NCBI GenBank assembly: GCA_964548195.1
Contig: CAZJQC010000029.1
Location: 1 to 15,574 of the forward strand
DNA: 15,574 nucleotides
Direction of reading: 5' to 3'
From: an uncultured bacterium
GTDB taxonomy: Bacteria > Macinerneyibacteriota > Macinerneyibacteria > Macinerneyibacteriales > DSCS01
A program made the position numbers and the translations under genes. The notes below the pieces were generated by a model. It had not been told where the DNA came from. It ran no database searches and saw only the letters and a program-made list of their open reading frames with translations. Position 1 is the stretch's first letter. Each line of letters starts with the position of its first letter. This document shows, one piece after another, positions 8,447 to 15,574 of this stretch.

Positions 8447-10611
8447 AAAAAATTCTATTTATCTTTTTATTGACGGTGACGTTGGGCGGATGCGGTTACT
8501 ATAACACGTTTTATAATGCCAGGAAGTATTATAAGGCGGCGGATTATGATAAGACGCTGGAAAAATGCGATAAAATAATCGCATCTGAAAAGTACAGCAG
8601 TCTTCATGATGACGCCTGGTTTTTGAAGGGCAAGGCATTGGCTCAGATGGGCCGTACCGAGGAAGCCAAGGCTCCGTTCAAAAAGATACTCGCGGACTTC
8701 TCGGACAGCCGTTTCGTGAGCGAAAGCAGGATGAGCCTCTTTTTCATATACCTCGCGGACGGGGATTATTCCACCGCCTACAGGTTCATATCCGGCATAA
8801 ACGCCGAGTTTGATGACAGTGATTCCGCGGTGAATTTCGCCAAAGTCCTGTTTCTCATGGGCAGAAAGACCGAACTGCAGGCGTTTTCCCAAAGACTGGG
8901 TCAAAAGGATGACGCGGGACGCGAGACGGCTGTCTATGACAGGATACTCAGGGAAGAATATGACGGGATCATACCATTGGTCCGTGATATTTCCGATGCG
9001 GGCAAAAGGGACGCGGTTGCGAGAAATGCTTATATTATGACGCTTGACAACGGGTTGACGCCCTTTATGGACCCCGCCAGTATTAAAAAATACTCTTTTG
9101 TGGCGGAGCTTACCAAAGAGGGGCTTACGGCTGACAGGATATTATCGCTTATGGCGGGTTTTGACGCATTGGATCCCGTGTACGGACTGGTGATTTGCGG
9201 CCGGCTTATGGATTATTACCTTGAACGGGAAGAAACGGAATTCGCAAAGATCATCGCTTTGAAGATCAAGGATACCGGCGCCCGCAAGATAGATCAAAAC
9301 AGGGAATATGTGCTCCGCAATACGTTTTCACAGGTCAAATATTCGAATCTTCCGCAGGACTGGAGCCTGTTCCTGACGGACAACACCAAATTTTACCTTT
9401 TTGACAAGATTCAGAACATGTATCAGCTGAGGGATGAGAGATGGGAAGACGTCAATGCGGAAACGCCGCCGATCAACGTTGAGTCCTATGAGCATCATAT
9501 ATGGGACAGTCTTAACCGCCGTTGGATATTTTTCGACCATGACCAGCGTGAATGGGCCTATCTGGACGGCAAGGACTTCAGCTGGGGCAGGATCAAGGTA
9601 GACGGCGATGACTTGCCCGTTATGAACGCCAAAAGGCTGTATTATTCCAACAGGGAGATCTATTATTTCGGGGCCCTGGATACGGTATACAGGGTCACAC
9701 TGAACGGAAGAGACAAAGCGTCGGTTACACAGATCGATATTCACGGGATATTGCCGGCTTTGACAGGTTATACACTGATAGACTTTGTCAAATATGGTTA
9801 TTTTGTTGTCATCGGTGGCAAAGAAGGCGAAGCTGTCAATTACTCTGTTTTTTATCTGAACATAAAAGATAAGATACCGGAATGGGAGGAAGGGTACCTG
9901 AATGCGCCCGTTCTGTTGTCCGATTATGTCATAGTGCCTTACAACACGACAAGCAACGTCGTATTGTTTTTATGGGATGAGAAGGACTACGAGGAGGTCA
10001 GGGGCGCCCTGGTGGCCAGGTTCGATCCGCAGGATGTGCGTCTTGACCTGAACGAGGTAACGCGCGATTTTGAGACTATCCCTGATTTTTTTGAATATGA
10101 GCAGGATTCTTTGTCTGGAAGCACGAACAGCATACATTATGTGAACATGAATGACGCTTTCAACAGACTGATGATATACAGGCTGACTTTGGCTGTCACG
10201 TCCCGTTCCTCCACCGATGCCGTGCGCGATACCGATACGGGAGCCAATGCGCTCAAGACGGATATTCTGTTCCGTGACGGCCGGACGAGGGGCGACATAG
10301 ACAACCTTGTGGAATCGGTGACAAGGCTTGATCAGGAGATGAAGCGGCCCGTGCGCAACAACAGGCTTATAGGCGACATATTATATGCCGATCTGGGGCA
10401 TCCCGCTCTGGCGTCCGTATATTATGAGTCCTATCTGGGCGATTTTCCCGATGACGCGCATGTGTTGTATGCCATGGCGTATATAAAGTACAGGTATTTG
10501 AACGACAGCGACGGAGCGCGCGAATATTTGAGAAGGTTCGACGAATCTCATGACGGTTCGGGCCTGTTGGGGGAGTCTGCGGAGCAGCTGAGAGTCATAT
10601 TGTCCCGCTGA
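8443..10611 (+). CDS. Tetratricopeptide-repeat lipoprotein with a central beta-rich (propeller-like) region (722 aa)
   Basis: Signal peptide [19 protein letters not shown]17. N-terminal TPR-like helices ([28 protein letters not shown]) and C-terminal TPR-like helices ([25 protein letters not shown]) flank an aromatic-rich, beta-like core. ATGA overlap with metK. Confidence 0.75.
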   Translation: MKKILFIFLLTVTLGGCGYYNTFYNARKYYKAADYDKTLEKCDKIIASEKYSSLHDDAWFLKGKALAQMGRTEEAKAPFKKILADFSDSRFVSESRMSLFFIYLADGDYSTAYRFISGINAEFDDSDSAVNFAKVLFLMGRKTELQAFSQRLGQKDDAGRETAVYDRILREEYDGIIPLVRDISDAGKRDAVARNAYIMTLDNGLTPFMDPASIKKYSFVAELTKEGLTADRILSLMAGFDALDPVYGLVICGRLMDYYLEREETEFAKIIALKIKDTGARKIDQNREYVLRNTFSQVKYSNLPQDWSLFLTDNTKFYLFDKIQNMYQLRDERWEDVNAETPPINVESYEHHIWDSLNRRWIFFDHDQREWAYLDGKDFSWGRIKVDGDDLPVMNAKRLYYSNREIYYFGALDTVYRVTLNGRDKASVTQIDIHGILPALTGYTLIDFVKYGYFVVIGGKEGEAVNYSVFYLNIKDKIPEWEEGYLNAPVLLSDYVIVPYNTTSNVVLFLWDEKDYEEVRGALVARFDPQDVRLDLNEVTRDFETIPDFFEYEQDSLSGSTNSIHYVNMNDAFNRLMIYRLTLAVTSRSSTDAVRDTDTGANALKTDILFRDGRTRGDIDNLVESVTRLDQEMKRPVRNNRLIGDILYADLGHPALASVYYESYLGDFPDDAHVLYAMAYIKYRYLNDSDGAREYLRRFDESHDGSGLLGESAEQLRVILSR

Positions 10612-10621
10612 GCGGGGCCTC

Positions 10622-11632
10622 TCAATTATCCTTGATCTTTCCCAGTTCCGATATCAATGCCTGGTTGAAATCGTTTTCAATGTATTTTTCCGTAAAGATC
10701 ACGGCGTTTTTTATCGCTTTCGGGTTGGAACTGCCGTGGCATACCATGACGGGTTTTTTGATGCCCAGCAGCGGGGCTGAGCCGTATTCGGTATAATCCA
10801 GGTCTTTCATCAGTCTTTTCAGGGAAGGGACCATGAACAACAGCCCCACTTTTGCCATCATGTGGCGCGATATCTCGTTTTTTGCCGCCTTGTAAAGGAA
10901 CTTGAACAGGCTTTCGATCGTCTTCAGGACGATGTTTCCGGTGAAACCGTCGCAGACCATTATGTCCACGTCGCCGGTCAGTATGTCTCGTCCCTCGACA
11001 TTGCCTATGAAGTTCATGAAATCAGCGGATTTCAGCAGAGCGTGCGCTTTTTTTGTGAGCTCATTTCCCTTTTCGGGCTCTTCCCCGTTGCTCAGCAATC
11101 CGATCTTCGGGTTGTCCTTATTCAGTACAAGTTTTGCGTATATATTGCCCATTACTGCGAACTGAAGCAGATGGGCCGCCTTGCAGTCCGCATTGGCTCC
11201 CGCGTCGAGCAATATGGTCTCGCCGTAAAGAGTGGGTATTGTGGTCGCTATTGCGGGCCTTTGTATTTTTGGTATTCTGCCTATCTGCATGAGCGAATGC
11301 GCCATGACCGCGCCGGTGTTTCCGGCGCTGATAAAGGCGTCACCCTCGCCGTTTCTCAGCAAATCAAGGCCCACGGAAAGAGAAGAATCCTTCTTTTCCT
11401 TTAACGCCTTTACCGGGGATTCGGCCATATGCACCTCTTCCGCGGCATTGACTATGCGGAGTCTTTTTTTATCATAAGTGAGATTTTCGAGTCTGTGCAG
11501 TATCTTTGATTCTTTTCCCACGAGTACTATCACCAGGTCGTTTATGTCTTTTAAAGCGGAAATCGCGCCCAGTATCTCCGCATTGGGCCTGGAATCCGAG
11601 CCCATGGCATCTATAATTATAGTCTTTTTCAT
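10622..11632 (-). CDS. plsX: Phosphate acyltransferase PlsX (336 aa)
   Basis: Motifs IIIDAMGSD, SAGNTGAVMA, RPAIAT.IPT, LDAGANAD, IGLLSNGEEPEKG, GNVEGRD, CDGFTGNIVLK and CHGSS. The GAGGTG RBS supports ATG 11632 rather than the track start 11683. Confidence 0.97.
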   Translation of the reverse strand: MKKTIIIDAMGSDSRPNAEILGAISALKDINDLVIVLVGKESKILHRLENLTYDKKRLRIVNAAEEVHMAESPVKALKEKKDSSLSVGLDLLRNGEGDAFISAGNTGAVMAHSLMQIGRIPKIQRPAIATTIPTLYGETILLDAGANADCKAAHLLQFAVMGNIYAKLVLNKDNPKIGLLSNGEEPEKGNELTKKAHALLKSADFMNFIGNVEGRDILTGDVDIMVCDGFTGNIVLKTIESLFKFLYKAAKNEISRHMMAKVGLLFMVPSLKRLMKDLDYTEYGSAPLLGIKKPVMVCHGSSNPKAIKNAVIFTEKYIENDFNQALISELGKIKDN

Positions 11633-11651
11633 ATTACCACCTCGTTTGTAT

Positions 11652-11680
11652 ATTATAAAACGGTATTGGGTCGAGGTCAA
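11652..11680 (-). promoter_or_regulatory. sigma70 promoter of plsX
   Basis: On the minus strand: TTGACC (11680-11675), 17 nt, TATAAT (11657-11652). Confidence 0.8.
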
Positions 11681-11700
11681 CATGAAAGGATTCTTAGTTA

Positions 11701-11730
11701 TTGTGCGGAGCAGTCTGTTAATGCTATAAT
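11701..11730 (+). promoter_or_regulatory. sigma70 promoter (extended -10) of the TlpA/S9 peptidase unit
   Basis: TTGTGC (11701-11706), 18 nt, TATAAT (11725-11730) preceded by TGc (TGnTATAAT). AGGAGG RBS at 11738-11743. Confidence 0.7.
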
Positions 11731-11749
11731 AAAAAAAAGGAGGTTTGTG

Positions 11750-12976
11750 ATGAAGAGTACCGTTTCAATGATAATATGTGTATTCCTGTTCGCGGCGGCC
11801 GTGTCGGCCGTGCCGGACGAACCCGCGGATCAGGAATCTATGGTGAAGGAGATATACGAGACCGTCGATCCGCAGCAGAGGCTGGGGCTTATCGATGCCT
11901 TCCTCGCTCTTGAGGACAAGGACCCCCGTATGAACAGATACGTTTACAAGGCGTATTTCAAGACACTGGAGGCCATGGGCGATTTTAACGCGCTTGAGGC
12001 CGTGCTGCCCGACTATATCAATGCGATTGGCATAGCCGATGGCGTTGAGGCCGCCGAAACATACAATATGATAGCGTATGCGTTCACGCCGAGCCTGAAG
12101 CATCTGGATATGGCCAAGGCGTACGCGCGCAAGTCCCTTGAGATACTCCTTTCGGCGTCGGAGACGCCGCGCGGGGTGGACCCGGCGGAATGGCCGGCCG
12201 TCAGGGCAATGTTTGAAGCCAATGTGAGGGACACACTGGGCTATATACTTTACAGGGACATGGTGTTCGATGAGGCCGTGGCCCATCTTGAAAAGTCGGT
12301 GAAAGTCCTTGAGGACCAATGGATACCGCGTATGCATCTCGGCATGGCCTATGAAAAGACCGGCGATTTCAAGGCGTCCTATGAGAACCTGCTTTATGCC
12401 GATTTTCTCGGCGGCGATGACCCTGAAATAGCCGATGCTTTGAAGAGGGTCGGCGAAAAAGCCTTTTCCGGATGGGAGAAGGTCGCCTTCGAAAACAAGA
12501 TCAGGGAGAATGTGAAAAGCCTGATATCCGCCAAGGCGCTTGCCGGCGAGACCAACATGGCCGCGCCGGGCTTTGAGCTCGATTCTCTCGAAGGGGGGCG
12601 CGTGGCTCTTTCAGATCTTAAAGGCAGTGTCGTACTGCTGGATTTCTGGGCCACATGGTGCGGACCCTGTAATCTGGAGATGCCCGTTTTGGAAGGCATA
12701 TACCGTGAGTATGCCGCCGCGGGGCTGAAAGCGGTCGCTGTCTCCGTGGACGACGAGGAGACTGTGGGCGATGTGCCGGGTTTTATCGCCGCCAGGAACC
12801 TTACCCTTCAGGTGCTGTACAACGACGGCAAGGCGCCGGAGGACTATGGCGTCGGCGGCATACCGGCATTGTATGTCATAGACAAAAAGGGAAACATACG
12901 TTTTAAACACGTCGGCTATTCAGATGACCTCTTGAGGTCGCTTAAAGTTCAGGTCGAATATTTGCTGAACGAATAA
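11750..12976 (+). CDS. Exported TPR-domain / TlpA-family disulfide reductase (redoxin) fusion protein (about 408 aa)
   Basis: Signal peptide MKSTVSMIICVFLFAAAVSA, TPR-like segments (DTLGYILYR...AVAHLEKSV...HLGMAYEKTGD) and a C-terminal TlpA domain (APGFELDSLEG...LKGSVVLLDFWATWCGPC..EMP...YGVGGIP..YVIDKKG.IRF.H.GY). The RBS supports a start at 11747 or 11750. Confidence 0.88.
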   Translation: MKSTVSMIICVFLFAAAVSAVPDEPADQESMVKEIYETVDPQQRLGLIDAFLALEDKDPRMNRYVYKAYFKTLEAMGDFNALEAVLPDYINAIGIADGVEAAETYNMIAYAFTPSLKHLDMAKAYARKSLEILLSASETPRGVDPAEWPAVRAMFEANVRDTLGYILYRDMVFDEAVAHLEKSVKVLEDQWIPRMHLGMAYEKTGDFKASYENLLYADFLGGDDPEIADALKRVGEKAFSGWEKVAFENKIRENVKSLISAKALAGETNMAAPGFELDSLEGGRVALSDLKGSVVLLDFWATWCGPCNLEMPVLEGIYREYAAAGLKAVAVSVDDEETVGDVPGFIAARNLTLQVLYNDGKAPEDYGVGGIPALYVIDKKGNIRFKHVGYSDDLLRSLKVQVEYLLNE

Positions 12977-12992
12977 ACATAAGGAGTATCAG

Positions 12993-15359
12993 TTGAAAAA
13001 GATCATAGCAATATTGCTGACGGCGGCGGCTTTGTCCGCCGCCGTCGGCGCTTCCGAATACATGGCCCCATCTTCGGCCATAAAAGAGATGTTCGATGCT
13101 TACCCCGTGGAATACATGAGATTTGACATAAACGCCCGGGCGGGGCTGATGCTTGAGTTCGATGCATATCCCCCGATCGGCAAGGTCGCGGAAAAGACCA
13201 TAGCGCTGGCCGGGGAGAGGATATCGCCCACGCTCGGCGCGGAGAGGGAAATGCATCCGGTTACCGCGATGAAAATAGCCGATCTTCAGGGCAATATATT
13301 TGAAATGGGTCTTCCCGAAGGCATTGAGGTCAGGGACACGCTTTTTTCCTATTCCGGCAGATGGCTGGCTTTTACGGCGCAGGAAAAGGATGCCGTAAGG
13401 CTTTGGATAGGCGACCTGGAGAAGAAAAGGGCATGGCAGGTGAAGAAGCTTGAGTGCAACGATCTTTTCCGGGGAGAGTCCTTTGAGTGGACCGGCGATG
13501 ACAGGCTTATCGTGCTGGCCGTGCCGCGCAAAGGCCGTCCCGCGGCGGCCGAAGCGGGCGCCGTCATACGGCCGGTCACGGATGAGACGTCGGGTACGGG
13601 CGGAAAAGCCCGCACATATCAGAACCTGCTGTCGGGCGAGGACGATATACTCCTGTTTGACTCTTACGCCTTGTCCGAGGTGGCTGTGGTGTATCCGGAA
13701 AGCGGCAAAGTGCATTACACCGGGCTGAAGGGTATATTCGAGTCATTTGATGTCTCTCCCTCTTCGGAAAAACTGCTGGTCACAGAGATAGAAAAGCCCT
13801 ATTCATATAGCCTGCCCTACTATTTTTTCCCGAAAAAATTCTTCGTATATGACATCGAAAAGGGAAAGACAACGGTGTTGTACCAAAGGCCGCTGCAGGA
13901 TTCCGTGGCTATAGGTGGCGTCTTCACCGGGCCGAGAAGCATGCAATGGGTGCCTCTCAGCGGTGACGACATCATATGGGTCGAAGCTCTTGACGGAGGT
14001 GACCCCCGGAACGAGGCGCCTTACAGGGACCGCATCATGAGGCTCTCCGGATCCGGCGATGCCGGCGCCGAAGAGATGGCAAAGACGGAATTCAGGTATT
14101 CCGGCATCGACTGGGGAGAAGATTCCTTTATCGTATATGATTTCGACAGGGATTCATACCGGATAAGGGGCACATTAAGAGCCGCGGACGGCGCTCTTAA
14201 AACGGTGCTTATCGACATGAATTACCATGATATTTACAATGCGCCCGGGGATCCGATGAAGCGCAAGGTGCCCGGCGGTGAAGTCATGGTCGCCGACGGC
14301 GGCTCTTTTTTCTTCATCAACTCAAAAGGCGCCACTCCCGAGGGGAACAGGCCTTTTCTCATGGCTATGGACAGCGAAACGGGAAAGCGGGAGATCGTGT
14401 TCAGATCATCCGCCACCGCCCATGAGATCCCCATTACCTTTGCGGACGGCGACACCGGCAGGCTGATAATATCGGCGGAAGACACGGAACATCCCCGCAA
14501 TTACAGCATAGTGGAGCTTGGCACGGGCCGCAGGCTGAAGCTGACCGATTACAAAAATCCTTATGTCGGGATGACAGGCCTTCGAAAAGAGATTGTCAAA
14601 TACACAAGGGATGATGGAATAGAACTCTCGGGCACGCTTTTTTTGCCTCCTGATTATGACGGGACCGCGAAACTGCCTTTGTTCATATGGGCTTATCCGG
14701 AAGAGTACCGGGACCCGGACAAAGCCGGGCAGATAGATATTTCGCCGAACAGGTTCACAAGGCTATGGGGCGATCATCCCGCGCTGCTTGCGCTGGCCGG
14801 TTATGCAGTGCTTTATAATGCCACCATACCGATAGTAGGCGAGGCCCAGACGGTGAACGACAGCTTTATAACACAGACGGTCTCAAGCATAGAAGCGGCC
14901 GTCAAGTACCTTGATTCCAGAGGTATAATAGACCCCGCGCGTACGGCGGTGGGAGGCCACAGTTACGGCGCTTTTATGACAGCGAATGTGCTGGCAAACA
15001 GCGATGTGTGTGTCGCAGGCATAGCGAGAAGCGGCGCGTACAACAGGTCGCTTACCCCCTTCGGATTTCAGAGCGAAAGGCGCACATTCTGGGAAGCTCC
15101 GGACTTTTACTGTTCGGTGTCGCCGTTCATGCATGCGGACACCCTGAAGGAGCCGCTGCTGATGATACACGGTGAACTGGACCCGAACCCCGGCACGTTC
15201 CCCATACAGTCGCAGCGCATGTTCGACGCCGTAAAGGGGAACGGCGGCACCGCGAGATTGGTGCTGCTGCCTTTTGAGGGGCACGGATATTCGGCCAGGG
15301 AATCGCTGTTGCATGTGTTGTATGAGATGGAGCGGTGGCTTGACAGATACCTCAAATGA
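12993..15359 (+). CDS. Secreted S9 (prolyl oligopeptidase family) serine peptidase, S9D glutamyl-endopeptidase-like (788 aa)
   Basis: AAGGAG RBS, TTG start and signal peptide. Nucleophile GGHSYGAFMTAN, then GIARSGAYNRSLTPFGFQ, Asp in HGELDPNPGTFP and His in EGHGY (Ser-Asp-His order). Confidence 0.9.
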   Translation: MKKIIAILLTAAALSAAVGASEYMAPSSAIKEMFDAYPVEYMRFDINARAGLMLEFDAYPPIGKVAEKTIALAGERISPTLGAEREMHPVTAMKIADLQGNIFEMGLPEGIEVRDTLFSYSGRWLAFTAQEKDAVRLWIGDLEKKRAWQVKKLECNDLFRGESFEWTGDDRLIVLAVPRKGRPAAAEAGAVIRPVTDETSGTGGKARTYQNLLSGEDDILLFDSYALSEVAVVYPESGKVHYTGLKGIFESFDVSPSSEKLLVTEIEKPYSYSLPYYFFPKKFFVYDIEKGKTTVLYQRPLQDSVAIGGVFTGPRSMQWVPLSGDDIIWVEALDGGDPRNEAPYRDRIMRLSGSGDAGAEEMAKTEFRYSGIDWGEDSFIVYDFDRDSYRIRGTLRAADGALKTVLIDMNYHDIYNAPGDPMKRKVPGGEVMVADGGSFFFINSKGATPEGNRPFLMAMDSETGKREIVFRSSATAHEIPITFADGDTGRLIISAEDTEHPRNYSIVELGTGRRLKLTDYKNPYVGMTGLRKEIVKYTRDDGIELSGTLFLPPDYDGTAKLPLFIWAYPEEYRDPDKAGQIDISPNRFTRLWGDHPALLALAGYAVLYNATIPIVGEAQTVNDSFITQTVSSIEAAVKYLDSRGIIDPARTAVGGHSYGAFMTANVLANSDVCVAGIARSGAYNRSLTPFGFQSERRTFWEAPDFYCSVSPFMHADTLKEPLLMIHGELDPNPGTFPIQSQRMFDAVKGNGGTARLVLLPFEGHGYSARESLLHVLYEMERWLDRYLK

Positions 15360-15377
15360 CCTCTGATAAAAGTTTTT

Positions 15378-15406
15378 AAAGCGGGGGCGGTAATGCTCCC
15401 GCTTTT
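15378..15406. terminator. Intrinsic terminator hairpin, probably bidirectional
   Basis: AAAGCGGGGGCG-GTAA-TGCTCCCGCTTT(T) stem-loop with a GNRA loop and short A/T tracts on both sides, located between convergent genes. Confidence 0.75.
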
Positions 15407-15494
15407 GTTGCCGGCGCCGTCGGTCAAGTGTACTGCAGCGGCCCCGGCATAAGTGGTTTTTCCCCGGGTTGCCGGCATGGCCGGGCCTTTCGTA

Positions 15495-15574
15495 TTATTC
15501 CGTCATGAGCAGCAGTAGCTCTTTTAGAGCCGTATCCAGCTGGGTGTCTTCGCCGTTCATCTCTGATTCCGGCG
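15495..15574 (-). CDS. 3' end of a convergent gene, probably an S41 (tricorn-like) peptidase
   Basis: The minus strand reads ...PESEMNGEDTQLDTALKELLLLMTE* (stop 15497-15495), resembling the P.....G.D.QL..A...LL tail of S41/tricorn proteases. Only 25 residues are visible. Confidence 0.5.
   Translation of the reverse strand, partial: PESEMNGEDTQLDTALKELLLLMTE

Noticed and set aside
660..11683. Longer ORF-track starts at 660, 2049, 6237, 11683 and 11666
   Set aside because: They overlap promoters or upstream genes. The downstream starts (681, 2070, 6273, 11632, 11750) fit RBS or promoter spacing and the family N-termini.
11731..11738. A8 tract between the -10 element and the RBS as a phase-variation site
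   Set aside because: It is short and lies outside both the coding sequence and the -35/-10 spacer, so slippage would have little predictable effect.
15407..15494. GC-rich intergenic stretch with several GCCGG/CCGG motifs as a possible ncRNA or REP element
   Set aside because: I found no convincing long stem, no second copy in the window and no recognisable RNA family.
1..15574. Mobile elements, tRNA/rRNA genes, CRISPR arrays, defence systems
   Set aside because: I saw no transposase, integrase or cas motifs, no repeat-spacer pattern and no RNA gene signature.

Overview
Bacterial DNA of moderate GC, densely coding. From left to right: the 3' part of a major-royal-jelly/yellow-like beta-propeller gene; a TetR regulator that is probably leaderless; a frameshifted SDR remnant; and an ~8.9 kb, tightly coupled + strand operon behind a near-consensus sigma70 promoter. 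That operon encodes a small membrane protein, a GNAT acyltransferase (bCerS-like ceramide synthase), an extended SDR (CerR-like reductase), serine palmitoyltransferase, a DAGK-family lipid kinase (CpgB-like ceramide kinase), a sugar-phosphate nucleotidyltransferase, MetK and a TPR/beta-rich lipoprotein. It converges on a stand-alone plsX. Divergent from plsX are an exported TPR-TlpA thioredoxin and an S9 peptidase, followed by a terminator and the 3' end of a convergent, probably S41/tricorn-like peptidase. The main finding is a compact bacterial sphingolipid (ceramide/ceramide-phosphate) biosynthesis operon with unusual partners, placed tail-to-tail with the glycerophospholipid entry gene plsX. 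All assignments come from motif recognition by eye; no database searches were run.
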